A DNA stretch of 64,000 nucleotides from Patellaria atrata CBS 101060 (GCA_010093705.1 MU006091.1:1550001-1614000); one strand, 5' to 3'. Positions 12,822 through 26,389 are shown, numbered from the stretch's first letter. Numbers and translations are program-made. The notes: generated by a model not told the origin, from the sequence alone.

Positions 12822-14325
12822 TGTGTGACTGATTTGGTTGATGGTATGGATGGATGGGTGGAAGTATAGGTTTGTTGGTTTGCTGAATTGTGTAATGAGG
12901 AAACTGTCCAGTTGAGGGAAGTATGAGTGGATGATTGTAAATGTAATGATAGGTATATATTCTATATAGAATAAGAGATCGTAGACCTGAATAATGAGGG
13001 GGAAGGCAGTGTGATAAGCTGGAACACGATAATTCCTAACGATCAACCCAGCAGTTCGTCCTCTGAGTGTAGAGTGGGAATCAACAGAATACTTATAACA
13101 AATTCCCCCTTCTCTTTTTTTTTTCCCTACGATCCTATGGCGTTATCGTACAACGCCGCTATATAGAGCCGTTTCGGTCGCCAGCATCCTAAACACCGCT
13201 TGTTGCAGCTGCTCCCGCATATACTGATCATCGATTGGTAGCACTAGCGGTCGATTCAAACCATTGCGCATCCGGCTTCATCGGCTGTCAGGAACCCTTG
13301 GCCCTTTCCACACACGCATTGCAGTATGATTGGATGGATGATTCAGGCCGGTGTTTGTATAGTGTAAAGGCCGACGGATTTGCTGAGGGAAGGGTTATGC
13401 TATTGTTCTGATTAGTGTTCTGGCCCGCTCGTACATAAGCTGATAGATTCCTGATATTCCGCTGGGATGGATGGCTGATTGTAAATCTGGATGACTGCCT
13501 GCCTGCGGACTCCGTGATATTTCGTGGGGTTCGTACTGTAGTCCTGCTGAGGCGTATGTAGGGTTACGTGTTCCTCTGCACTCCGCATGTGTAGAAATGG
13601 AGTTAGGGGATCGAGTATTGTGGATGCCTGGAAGACATCAGAGTTGCGTAGTATTTATCTACCGTAAAGCAAGGTTCGTAGCTCGTCTCTATGATCACAG
13701 TAGCTCTCTCTCACACTTGGGAGAACCGTAGAACTGGTTCCAATTTGAGGGTTTAGAACTAGAGGAGCTATCATGCTTCTCGACTGTTGAACCCCGCCCA
13801 AAGGTTCCCTTTCGCTGGAAAACTTCGCCTCTAGATTAGAGATCGATAGGTCAAGAGGATAGTACTTTGAGGAGCAAATGTTCGTTATATTTGACAACAT
13901 GCGGGATGAACGAGTAGCAGAATATCAAATCAAGGAAACGACCCCCCTCAGCACGGGACAAGCATCCCGCCCGTCCCCGCTCCGCCAAAAATCAAAATCG
14001 CCAAAAGAGTAACACTAAAATTATCCTTGACCCTACACCAACTGTTAACTCCTATCCCCGTGTAACCTAAAGAAGTTCCCATCATGACTGGCTCAAAAGT
14101 ATCTCTATGAAGATCCCAGAGACGTAGGAAACAGTTATCCGACTAAAGTAGAATCATACAGCATTAAGATACTCTAGTGTTAACGCCGTTCCACCATGAC
14201 ACCAATTGTAGAATATATATGCATATGAAAAAGTAGTCTCCCCTATTTCTAAATGATTCCCTCCCAATCTAAAACCCATACCCATACGCGTAAAGGAAGC
14301 AGAAGGAAGACCCATATCCACCATT

Positions 14326-15586
14326 ATGACAACACCATTAGCCCCAAAACCCCCATCCGTCCTTGGACGTTACCGCCTCCTATCCCCCAATGCCGGAGTC
14401 ATGGTCAGTCCCATTTGCCTAGGTGCCATGAACTTCGGCACGAACTGGACGCAAATCATGGGCAAATGCAGCAAAGAAGACGCATTTGCGCTCATGGACT
14501 ACTTCTATTCCCAAGGTGGCAACTTCATCGATACCGCCGTGAACTACCAACTCGGACAATCTGAGCAATGGATCGGAGAATGGATGGCCAAAACTCCTGC
14601 GAGGAGGAGTGAGATGGTCATTGCGACGAAATATACGGGACCGTTCATGCTGCACAAGGGACAGGAGATTATCCAGAGCAATTTTGGAGGTAATCACACT
14701 AAGGCGATGAAGGAGAGTGTTGAGACGAGTTTGAGGAATCTGCAGACGGACTATATTGATTTAGTAAGTGGCTTTTCCCTGTCAACTCTCCAAGCATCTT
14801 CCGCTTACATCGGGGCTGTAGTATTATATCCACGTCTGGACACAAACCGTGTCCATCCCCGAACTGATGCAATCCCTCAACAACCTCGTAGCATCTGGAA
14901 AGGTGCTCTACCTTGGTGTTTCTGATACACCCGCCTGGGTTGTGACAAAGTGTAATGCCTACGCCCGTCAACATGGTCTGCGTCAATTCTGCGTCTACCA
15001 AGGACGCTACGCTGCTTCTGAGCGTGATATGGAGCGCGACATCATCCCTATGTGTATTGACGAAGGTATGTCCATTGCCCCATGGGGTGCTCTCGGTGCA
15101 GGCCTGTTCCGACCATCGAACGCTGGTGAGAAGAAGGAGGGGAGGAATATGCCTACAGTAGCAACTGGAAAGGAGAAGTCAGTAAGTGCGGTGTTGGAGA
15201 AAGTAGCAGAACGGAAAGGTGGGGTGCCACTCACGAGTGTAGCGCTGGCATATGTGCTCCACAAAGCACCTTATTGCTTCCCAATCTGTGGTGGCCGCAA
15301 GGTAGAGCACATGAAGGGAAATATCGAGGCGCTGAAGCTGAAGTTGACGAAGGAGGATATCGAGGAGATCGAGACCGGGTATGACTTTAACGTTGGATTT
15401 CCGCATAACTTTTTCTCTGGGTCAAAGAATCAATCCTGGGGACCAGAGGATAATATCATGTTGAAGCGATTGGGGCATTTTGACTTCGTGAAGGGGCCGC
15501 AGCCAATTCCGCCGTATGAGGAGGGAAGCGATGAGGGTAAACCACAGCCACCGATGTGGCCTACGAAGAAGGTGGATGAGAAGTAA
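14326..15586 (+). CDS. Aldo-keto reductase, aryl-alcohol dehydrogenase / norsolorinic acid reductase-like; intron 14764-14821
   Basis: SPICLGAMNFG, GGNFIDTAVNY, IATKY, LQTDYIDL, YIHVW, GKVLYLGVSDTPAW and PWGALG. The catalytic D/Y/K/H tetrad is present. Confidence 0.93.
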
Positions 15587-15949
15587 GGCAATCCTAGAGC
15601 GATTTAGATGTATTTCTTAGTAATTTAGCAGCTTCTGTAATGGAAGCTAAAGTTATAGTAGTGGAGTATCAGTTCCATGGCCTTATCAAGCCTGTTCCTC
15701 GTGGATGCGTGATTGTTGCCAATTCCTACGCCCACCTTCAGGCTCAGATGCGATAGGGGAGAGGAGATGCGCGTCTAGTGACAACATATAAGAACTTAGA
15801 CATTATATTAGAAATACATAGAGCTGTATGGCCGTGTGTTTGCAAATTTACTTTTGTGGATGGGACTGAATAAGTAGACATACTCAATACAGCTGGAGAC
15901 GCGTTGGAGAGCGTAAAGTTGATAGTTTACTGTCTGTATCTTTCCATAC

Positions 15950-17281
15950 ACAAATATGAGATTTCTCACAAGATCATGCAGAGACAATATCTTGCCAACC
16001 CCATCAAAGCCAGACTTTTCAGTACTATCATTCCCCTATTCGCCTTACTGATAGTACTTCTCAGATCATAAATATATGCTCCGTACGATGGCTAAACAGT
16101 TACCATGGAAACCATCCTGCTGTACAAAATCAGCATATCTAAAAGTTGGGACAATACCATACCGTATAAAAGAACCATTCCGAGACGTCATAAACCCGTT
16201 TCTAAACCAAATACCACCCTTTCCCTCCCCCCATATTGTCGGTAGAGCCCAGTAACGTAACCCCTATCGCCGTACCTTCCCCAAACGCGTCCCTATCTCA
16301 GCCCATTATCCAGTGCCCCACAACTTATTCAAACGCCTTCCATGTTCACCAATTCTCCAGGCTCTAGGCCCAACCCCCACGATCTCATGGCGACACACCT
16401 CTTTCCAAATCCCTCTCTCGCTTGGTTGCACACATAAAATTTCTCACGCTCTCAAAATCTTCTTTTCTTTTCTTCTTCGTACATCACACACCTCTACCTC
16501 TCCCTCCATCTCCACCACCTCCACCAAAGCCTCAATCGTGATTTTTTTTTTTTAGATTTTTTAAAAGATTTACAATTCTGTAGGTCTCTTGTCTACCATT
16601 GTACTCGTTTGTTGTACGTATTTGTAACTGACCGTACATCCTTGAGAAAGCAGACACCATGAACTTCTCGGTGTACTTCTGGTCCGTCTTCGGGTTGATC
16701 TTCCCCCAACCGACGCTGTGGCGTGGCGGGCTTTTGCTCGTTGTTGTGTTTGTTTGTCTGGTGTCCATCGGGACAGCAAATGGAGTCTGGTGAGTTCTTT
16801 CGTGCTTTGATGCTTATTGTTGATCCCAAGCTCTTCCCTTCTGGCTGCTCATATTCTATATAACCCTCTTGTACTGCTCAACCCTCTACTCTTCCAAAGC
16901 ACCTGCATCTGTTTATCTCCGTTGCACTCTTGCTCTGCATTCCATCACCGCCCTACCGTACCTCTTCACTCCCCTCTGTATTTCCCCTCCTCTTCTGTTC
17001 TTTTGAATCCCTCCACCCTTGTGCTCTGCTGTACATTCCACTCAATTTCCTTCTCTCACTCACCAAGCTGTACTCGTTACATATCGCCCTAGCAATTTCC
17101 CTTCGTACATCACGTTAACAAAGCCTAGGCTGTCGTCTGCGGACGAATTCCTGTTCTGGGCGAGGTTTCGCCCCGCGGAGGATGTGGAGGACGTGGAGGC
17201 GCTCCTCCGGGAGGAGCGGTCAGAGGAATGGCCGCTCCTCCTGGTGGATATGTTAGAGGAGAGAGAACGAGGACGAGGACG

Positions 17282-17312
<31 letters not shown>

Positions 17313-17400
17313 CGACGACGACGACGATGACGATGACGAGGACCATGTCCCGTGGGCTGGGTGTTTTTTAGGGGAAATTTTTTTTGTTTTGTATAATGAT
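15950..17400 (-). pseudogene. Possible decayed gene: Ser-rich start, Trp-rich frame with internal stops and a residual intron
   Basis: A minus frame reads GIWKEVCRHEIVGVGPRAWRIGEHGRRLNKLWGTG*WAEIGTRLGKVRR*GLRYWALPTIW. An intron-like gtatgg...gctgat...cag lies at 16162-16120. No family recognised. Confidence 0.3.
17266..17343. repeat. Compound GAT/GAC/GAG trinucleotide microsatellite
   Basis: gacgaggacgaggatgatgat...gacgacgac...gatgacgag. Confidence 0.9.
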
Positions 17401-17639
17401 GAATGAAGACTTCGATCTTTGACCCCTATACACTATCCTTGGTTCTGTGATTCTGACTGAAATTGTGAAAGCTACCTAAAACTTTGACCTACTTTATTAA
17501 CTCCCTCATACTCTGCGTCTTTCTCTTCCTCCCCTCCCCTTGTCGAAGCGGCAGAGGAGTTGGGCCGCGGCGCGGGCGCGCCGGACCAAAACAGTATGAG
17601 GGGGAGGGGAAGACGAAGATGACCATGCGTCGTGTGGGC

Positions 17640-18210
17640 GGAGTTTATAGAGAGGATATATACTCCCCTTGGCAATCATCATCACCACCACTACCTCCTC
17701 CTAGCAGGTCATTTCTATTTAACCTTTCTCTTCCTCTTCCTCTCCCCTCTCCTCTCCTCTTCTCATGATCGAGCTCGAGGCCCGGCTTATTGGGTAGGGG
17801 CAGTGGAGGAAAGTAACGAATTCGACGACCTGGAGGAACGTGATATTGCGGAGGCGGAGAGAATAACATAAAAGACAAAGAAGATAATTCGGAGGGAGGA
17901 AAGCTATCTGACGCCGATGCTGGCCATAGTATTGCATGGGCGGAGTGTCTAGAGACGATGTATACCTCCCCTCTACCAATAATATTAATAATAATAATCA
18001 CCCCTCCCACCTCCCTCCTCCTAACTGGCGTTTCCTTTTCCTTTTCCTTTTCCTCTCCTCCTTCTCATTTCTTCACCTCTTCTCACCATGGAGATAGAGG
18101 AAGGCGGGCTCGACAAGCTCGAGCTCGGCTCATAGGGTAGGAGCAGTGGAGGAGAGTAACGAATTCGACGACCTGGGGGAACGCGATATTGTGGGAGGAG
18201 CGGCCGAAGT
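17640..18210. repeat. Degenerate tandem duplication, core offset 343 bp
   Basis: gggtaggggcagtggaggaaagtaacgaattcgacgacctggaggaacgtgatattg at 17792 versus gggtaggagcagtggaggagagtaacgaattcgacgacctgggggaacgcgatattg at 18135. Confidence 0.85.
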
Positions 18211-18630
18211 CCAAGACGAAGAGGATGATTCGGTGGCGGGAAAGTCCTTTCGACGTCCTCATACTGCTTGGTTAAAATCCTTTCGAAACGATAATGTCGC
18301 GTGGACGAGATCTTTCTACCATTGTTTATGACGGACGACTGTGTTGCGTAGGCAGAGCCGTATACGGGGGCTAAATAGTACCTTACCAATAAACATACCG
18401 AGTAGGAAAAGGTAATTCTAGAATCACGCACACGATGGAAACTAAAAGTACGAAAAATGGAATTTGTACAGAGCATATATTCAATAATAAAGTAGAGATG
18501 AGAAATGATATACCGCACGCTATTAGGGGATATACTGGCCTCGTAACGAAAAGAAAAATCGCAATTCCGAATCCTCCCTCGTGGAATAGGGTAGGACCAT
18601 AAAGAAAACCATCGTCTAAGTTCTACACGT

Positions 18631-20639
18631 CTATATCAACTTCATCCTCTTCGCCACTAGCATACAGACCGTCACGAAGCACAGGATAACTCCCAGTATG
18701 CCGAACCACCAACCAAGCGTATCAGCGTCCTGTCCGGGAACCTTCACGTTCATGCCGAACAATCCGCAAATGAGGTTCAGCGGGACCAGAATCGTGGCGA
18801 TGAGCGTAACCTTGCCCAAAGTCTCATTGATGGCGTTGCCCTGGCTGATATTCTCCACGCTGATCTGGGCAAGGTAGTTACCGTGACTCCTAGACAACAT
18901 CTTTTCGAAATGACCCAGGTTGGACATCATGGTGACGACGTGGTCCTGAATGTCGGAAAGATACAGTCCAACGTCACCGCGGGGTGCGACGGAGTAGTGC
19001 TCGTTACATCGCTTTGCGAAGCCCTTGATGACATCTGCCTTTCCACCTAGAAGGCGGATGAGCGACATTACCTTTTTGCGACTGTGGCCGATAGCCTTGA
19101 GAATTGTGCTCGAATCTTCGATGCGGGCAGTGAAGACCTGGTCTTCGATTGCTTCGGTTTCGTGCTCGACTTGGCGGATCGAGGGGCCGAAGCCGTCGAC
19201 GATATCATCGCTAGGAGATACATTAGCACCGTGTAATGGGTAGTAATTTTGAAGGCGACTTACATAAACGCATAACAGATCCAATCAGAACTGATGGAGA
19301 TGTAATCCCTCAACTTTCCAATCCTCTTGCGGACGTTCGCTGCATGAGGGTTCTGGCAGAAAGTGAACGTAATGATCCCCTCGCGAAAAACAACAGCATA
19401 GATATTGACGGGTTCAAACAATGCATCATTGTCCTTGTCTTTTTCCAGTTGGTAGAAGCTCCGGAAACACATGAAATAGTAATTCTTGAACAGTTCCACC
19501 TTTTCACGAGTTTCCTGTTGCAGAATGTCCTCCAGTGTCAATGGATGCACCCTGAAAGCCTTGCAAATGACCTTGACCTCTTCCTCGGACAGATTCGCAG
19601 CGTCTAACCACCAAGTTGAAGCATCCTCGCCCGTCTCGAATAAATCACGGAAAGACTCCCCAGGCATGAGAAGATCACCAAGTTCTGCAGCATGGATGAC
19701 ATTGTCCATTTCCGAGGAGAAAAAGGTCCACCGAGGAGCGTTATCATTGGTTACACTATCGTGACGCTCGTAAACAGACCTCTTTTCGTCAACATCTGGG
19801 CCTTTCTCCAAATCGGGGTCGAAATCAGACTCCGAAGGCCGCTCAGTAACTATCTTTGGGACATCCTGAGATTGAGGTCGGAGGTCCGGGAAGATCTTTC
19901 TCTTCGAGTCCTTAGAATCGACAGTGTTCCGACGACAGAGCGTGTGCGAAACTGGGGTTCGGTCACGTAGATGGCATTCAGCGACATATTCTTCCAGCTC
20001 CTCATAATCAATGGTGTAGGTCTTGGATGCCTCTTCCGGAGGTGGGAAGCAGACATCCTCTTCTGCAGAGTTATTGCCAGATTCAATTTCCTGTTCTTTG
20101 TTCTCGCTGAACGTCGGACGACGGCGGTGAGTTCCTCCTGAGATGGTCCGGTTCAAGGTCAACTCGACGAAAGAAGGAGCCGTGCTGTTGATGGTACCTG
20201 CCCTTGCTCTTCGACGGGGATCCGCGAATGCATCTACTGAATTGGCTGGAGAAGTAGATCGTGAGGTCCTGGACGACTCTCTGGACCTAGACAAGGGCTC
20301 GATATGTGGGGGACGACCTCTGCGGAAAGTGTTTCTTCTGGGCAAAATAGACCTGCCTTTCTCCGAAGCACCATCATCTTCAATTGCCGTTTCGAAATCC
20401 CTACTGATCATACCAGCACGCTCCAACGCATCATTGACGCCAAGCAAATCCGAATGGGCCTGTAGTTGTGGCTCTGCTATGCTTGCCAAAGTTCCTCTGC
20501 GTGTGTTTGGGTAAGGGGTCCCCATAGCGGAGAGTTCAACACGGGGAAGAGACTCTGGTTGGTTTCGATGATCATCGAGGTCAGGATTTGGTGTGCTGTA
20601 CCTCGTCTGGATATGCTCTGATCTAGGTGTGTCCGTCAT
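18631..20639 (-). CDS. ALR1: CorA-family Mg2+ transporter (Alr1/Alr2-like); one intron near 19212-19263
   Basis: WWLD, VHPLTLEDI, REKVELFKNYYF, SSDWICYA, LYLSDIQDH and two C-terminal transmembrane helices with GLFGMNV (GMN motif). Confidence 0.9.
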
Positions 20640-21926
20640 CTTGCTTGATTTCTTTTTCCGGTCAGAATCTTCCTGTATGGGATCGATATTTGGGTCGGCT
20701 TTCAGTTCTGCTTTTGTCCAGTTGGATTCGCCTCGAAAGGATTTACTAAATCGGCGAGCCGCTACTCGGCGCTCACCGTGCGAGGGAGAGCAACTTGAAC
20801 GGTGGGTCTCGCGTAGGGAATTCCCCTACACTAACCCTTATGATTGACCTTTTGACCAGCACAACCGGTCCAGCGCCAATTAAAGAAGGATTGGAGGTTT
20901 TTGATCGCAGATAGCAATTGATGGTATTTGAAGAATTCTAAAGGTCAGTTATGGAGGCTTCTTGTCGCCTCCACAGACCCAAATCTTTGGGCCGAGAAGA
21001 GGGCGGATGAAGGAGAATCTTAGGTCTTTAGCCCCCGCCAACTTGGTGGTATTGTGATGATGTTCGCCGAAGCGATAAGTTGTTCGTAGGGTATGAAAGC
21101 GAAGGTGGATTGTAGAAGTCTCTGAGTCCTCCGTGTAAGTTTGCTGATTCGATTATTGAAACTTGGTTGTGGGCGCCCGTAGGCCAAAGCTTGCTGAAGG
21201 GTTCTAATCTGGGAACAAGTCAAAATCACAAGTCTTGAACCACAGTTTCAATTGCGTTGGATCGGTTGTATAAGGTATAAGAAGATGTCCTATGGACTAT
21301 GAAAAGAAAGTAAGAGGTTAGGAGGCAAGAAGTAGAAGAATATAAAATAAGCCGCAGAATTTTCGGTAACCGGAGCTAGAACTAGACGAGGGGAGAGATT
21401 CAGGGGGGGGGGGGGGGGTAGTATGACTACCTTTTGTCTTCGCCGCCCAATTATTCTAACGTAAACAAAGCCGTGACTAGGACCCAGACTAATATTGGGT
21501 AATACTAATCAAATTATCTCTTGGTAAAATGGATGAAGCATCAAAGGATAACAATTGAAACGGAAAGGGGGGTATATACAGTATTAAGCAAGAATGCTTA
21601 TCCTCAAGAGATAGCGATATCTTATAAAGTGTTCCCTTGCCCTGTGACATCGTCTGATCCTCTCACAGGCCTTCACCTCATGCTGCCCAAGGTAAATGCT
21701 GTTCCTGCAAGGACACCTTGAGCCACATTGCAGATCCATTTACACACCTCACTGAAAATTAACTAGCCTTCCCGCGTGCGTCGACGTCCTCGGTCCATCG
21801 CGACCGAAATCTTTGGCTTGTTGATGTTCCTCAAATCCCACACTTGGCCTTACCGATATCTGCCCTTTGCCAGGTGTTTCTGATCCTCTTACACGATAAT
21901 CTGAAAGACATACTCAATCCTAAACC

Positions 21927-22471
21927 ATGGCCGACGCTCTTTTAGAACAGATCCGCGATATGCTGGAGGGACAGATTGTAAGCTCGCACCACCCTAGTTC
22001 ATACCTAGCAAAATATTCCGCTGACTGCTTTGTCCGTAGGACTTCGAGGGTCAGCGCCTTGCGGAAATTCTGGCTACGTCGCTTCTTATCGCTTTTGGGG
22101 TGAGTTTATTCATTATCTTCTCCCTTATCATTCTTCCCCTCCTCCGTCATCGTATGCATAAGTACATGCTGCCCAAATTGGTTTCCCGTGAGAAGTTGCG
22201 GGCTAGTATGGCGCAAATGAGAAGACATTTTGCCAGCGTTCATTTAAAGCTAGCATCACTACTGTCTTTGTGATTGCTAACCCATTCCTAGACTCTTGCT
22301 GCCGCTGTTGGCTTCCTTTACGGCGACATCTACCTGACACTCTATGTCTTTGTGGCTGGTACGATCTTCACTGCTCTCGCGGTTATACCTCCTTGGCCAT
22401 TCTACAACAAAAACCCAGCCCAATGGCAAAATCCTCAACGCGGTATATCGGGAGTCACGATCGAAATGTAG
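21927..22471 (+). CDS. SPC1: Signal peptidase complex subunit SPC1/SPC12, three exons
   Basis: MADALLEQIRDMLEGQI / DFEGQRLAEILATSLLIAFG / ...VIPPWPFYNKNP..W. The IDFEGQ and PPWPFYN motifs are diagnostic. Not in the ORF track because of introns. Confidence 0.9.
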
Positions 22472-23109
22472 CGGTGAAGCTCTAGAAGTGGTATCGAACG
22501 CATCAAGTGGCTGGTAGTGATTTAGAAAAGCGTGTGAAGGGTGACGTGGCTATAATTCTGGAGTACTTCAAACTCGCTCCAGGACACAGTCTTCTGAAAA
22601 GGAGATGGAGCGTTAGAATAGTACGAAGAATAAATCAAAAGGAACTGATTAGTGGAGAGCACAAATCAGTAAGGGAAAGGCGCGAATCATCATACGATGG
22701 GATTCGAGGTTTTGATTGGTATCTAGATGCTCAAGATGTTGAGCATAAAATTTTGAGGCAATCCACTAAAGCCTCATTCAACACACTGCAGTTCCAATGA
22801 AATCATGATCTGAAAGCAAGGACCCATTGAGCCAATGCAAACTAAAATAACCATCCCAAGGAAGATCTTCCTGTCTTCAATAAGTGAACCTTTTGAAAGA
22901 AAATCATCTATTCATACAACGCCAGGTGTAATGCCCCTTGAAGTCTTAAATCATGATATCCGCAAATGTATGTCGGGGAAGTCGAAGGAGTTATGAGGGG
23001 TAAACCCGTGCCATGGAGAAATTATTCGTGTCGAGGATGGGGAAGATGAGAAGTGGTATGTCGAGAACCGGAGTCGAGGGTGTGAATCGTTAGGTAGGCG
23101 ATCAAATGC

Positions 23110-23584
<475 letters not shown>

Positions 23585-24715
23585 CGAATTAAATACTGCC
23601 GAGTGGTGGAAAGGGAGCGCCCAACTCGTCTCTTTCGATCCACACAAGAAGATGTTGACACCGGCTGACCTCTCCCGGGTCAGATGCGTCCAAAACGAGG
23701 TAATTTATTAAGCGTTTGATGGTGCGGAGCAAATTTCTGTGCCTGATGCACTCGGCCTGACAGTCGTAGACTAGAGTGCAGTTTCGTGAGTACAATGAAG
23801 AGAGTGTGGAAGGACGTATGTTGGTTGACAGCTGTAGAGTGTAAAGTTGCAAGTAATTAAGTGGTAGAAAGAAGTGGAGGGAGGTAGTGAGGGCAGTAGG
23901 CACCAAAGACGAAGATTTATAAAAGTCGAGTGCTCAGGCCTTGTGACAGAATAATCAACTTACTGCGTTTTTCGAAGAGGATTATGATCCACTCCGGAAA
24001 GGAGGGGTTCCTCTCTTTCCTTTCCTCTAGAATGCGCGTATACGCGCTAACTGTCTGTTCGGCTTTTATTATTGAATTATCAGTTAGCAGAGCTACTCTG
24101 TACAAGGCTGAGGCCTCCGTATGCTTGAGGGGGGGAGGGGGGGGGGGGGGGGGAGTTGTGATTCTATGGAAATTCCCTAGCCACTTTACGATGATATGGA
24201 GGGGAAAACAGAGTGGCGGTTTCAGAGTTAACAGCCACTTCCTTTGGTAGTATGGAGGGGCGATAATGTAAGCAGGATTATCACTTACCGAGCTTCCGTT
24301 CCACGATCCTCCACGCATTCACATACGAGTAGTACTCGTACATCTTTTGTGGTGGATGTAGAAGAGAGGAATCAAAAGGTTGAGAGTTTAAATTCAATTC
24401 TCACCAAACCGAAGCAAGGCCTCCGTTTGATTCACTTATAATTCGAAATGAGCAAATTAGTTCATACATCATTCACTCAAAGTCACGCACTCTCTATTCA
24501 AAGATTTGATACAACGCGTTCGTCACACGTAGCTATAGCAAACTTCACAATACCTTAACCTTCACTTTCTTATTAGAAGCTAGTCCTCTATATCTACTTC
24601 TTCAGCGATAGCTTTCTCTGACAATCTTTCCCCTTTGTCTCGCTACTATACGCGCCACATACCATACTCTCATACAACACTTTGTAGTTGGATACCATCA
24701 ACAGATAAGGGTGAA

Positions 24716-26389
24716 ATGGGTCCAAGAAGAGGCCGAGGTGGACATGTCCATTCTAGAAGCGAAGCCAATGTACCGCAGATAGATCAGGTTCAGAATGATG
24801 CCTCAGCACGTAAGAAACGTGTCGAACAAAACGACTATGATTTCAATACGGCTCTACCACATGCTATTCCCCAAATAGCGAGAGGGGCATCCGGTAACCA
24901 GAAGCGGTACAATAAACAAGTCGGGAATGATAACCAGACAAATTACCTTCAACAATCCGTCTTCGACCAGGAACCCCAGCTAGATACTACTCCAATGAAG
25001 AAGGAACGAAAGCCTTCAGGGCGGAATCAACACAGAACTGGTATTGAATACGCTTACCAACCCCAAGATCAACAGTCACTTCCTCAAACAACACCGTCTA
25101 AGCTGGCTGCGTACGCCGGTCCCACTTTCCACGCTTCTCCTGCTCCTTCTGCCCTCCCCATACCAAAGCTTTTTTCAAAATCCGTACCAAGCACGTCAGA
25201 CAACCCATCTCTACAGTCTCGCTTCGAGCAAGAGACCATCGATATCAAATCAAATGAGTCCGAACTGTCCGTTACCCCAGACTCACTTAACGATGCAATG
25301 GGCATCCGAATCCCGGACCGAGTTCCGGATACAGGCGGGGATCGAGCAGACACACCGTCTCGAGCAGCTAACGATACCTCTTTCGATATAGCCGGTTATT
25401 TCGAGTCTCAACGTAAAGCTAGACTAGAGAATTCGAACTCCTTTACGACTACCGTTCAGAATCAGAATACAGCACAAACCAGACCCGTTCCAGGACCTAT
25501 CCATGACGAATCTCCTTTGGAATTCTTTTTCAAGCGCGATAGAGAAGAGAAAGCCGGTCTGCACCGTACAACTAGTTACAACACACCGTCCTCTAGATCC
25601 ATCTTACCGCCAGCAGCATCTGCGCCTCATCAGACCACCAATAACCCCTTCTCCCACGACCGTTACCCCTCTACCACATCTGCCAAAGAGATGTTCATGC
25701 TCGAACTGGACAGTAATACACCCTCTCACGTCCCGCGTCATGGCTCCCTCCCTGTTAACCGAACCATCACGTCCCCAGCACGCGTCCCGCAAGTCACCCA
25801 AACACCCGATGTAGAGAGAGAAGCCAAAGACCGGAAACTCAAAGACATCCTCCTTAACCTCGCTAACTCGGCATCTGGGAAGCCACTCTCACTATCCCAT
25901 TCACGCACCCCAGATCCATACGCTTCACCACCATTTGTCAAACCAGACGTTCCTATCCACCCACAATCCGGTCCCTCAACCCCAATCCCCCATGGGCATT
26001 CCGCGCACTCAGGTCCATTGCATTACGGAAACAGGAATCTCTCGCCGATGTTTCAGGCCGCGAAGGGGAATAGTAGTTCCAGACGCAGCCCTTCACGACT
26101 AAGCAGGAAAGATTCAGCAGAACCACAGACTCCGAAGGGGAGGGGATACCAGAATCAGATTGGATACCCTTTCCCGAGCTCACCCAGTCCGGTTATCTAC
26201 CCACCGCAAGCGCATCCTTTAACACCCTCGCGGTTTCACCAGGGGTATGGTGCTGGAGAATTACGTGAAGGGATGGAGGGTTATATGAGGCAAGGCGGGA
26301 AGGTAAAGGACACAGGAAAGGGAGACAAGAGTGTCGAGGAGTTGGAGGGGGAGTTACATCGGATGCTCAATATCAAACGAGATGAGTAG
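24716..26389 (+). CDS. Disordered Edc1/PNRC-like mRNA decapping activator candidate
   Basis: YAGPTFHASPAPSALPIP combines the YAGxxF and LPxP motifs. C-terminal helical motif ELEGELHRMLNI. First ATG at 24716. Confidence 0.75.
   Translation: MGPRRGRGGHVHSRSEANVPQIDQVQNDASARKKRVEQNDYDFNTALPHAIPQIARGASGNQKRYNKQVGNDNQTNYLQQSVFDQEPQLDTTPMKKERKPSGRNQHRTGIEYAYQPQDQQSLPQTTPSKLAAYAGPTFHASPAPSALPIPKLFSKSVPSTSDNPSLQSRFEQETIDIKSNESELSVTPDSLNDAMGIRIPDRVPDTGGDRADTPSRAANDTSFDIAGYFESQRKARLENSNSFTTTVQNQNTAQTRPVPGPIHDESPLEFFFKRDREEKAGLHRTTSYNTPSSRSILPPAASAPHQTTNNPFSHDRYPSTTSAKEMFMLELDSNTPSHVPRHGSLPVNRTITSPARVPQVTQTPDVEREAKDRKLKDILLNLANSASGKPLSLSHSRTPDPYASPPFVKPDVPIHPQSGPSTPIPHGHSAHSGPLHYGNRNLSPMFQAAKGNSSSRRSPSRLSRKDSAEPQTPKGRGYQNQIGYPFPSSPSPVIYPPQAHPLTPSRFHQGYGAGELREGMEGYMRQGGKVKDTGKGDKSVEELEGELHRMLNIKRDE

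Noticed and set aside
14326..15586. Secondary-metabolite cluster around the norsolorinic-acid-reductase-like AKR
   Set aside because: No PKS, NRPS, P450 or cluster transcription factor nearby; the neighbours are housekeeping genes.
24635..24715. TTG start for the Edc1-like ORF, and other GTG/TTG starts in the track
   Set aside because: Bacterial-style start calls. ATG starts and introns explain the genes better.
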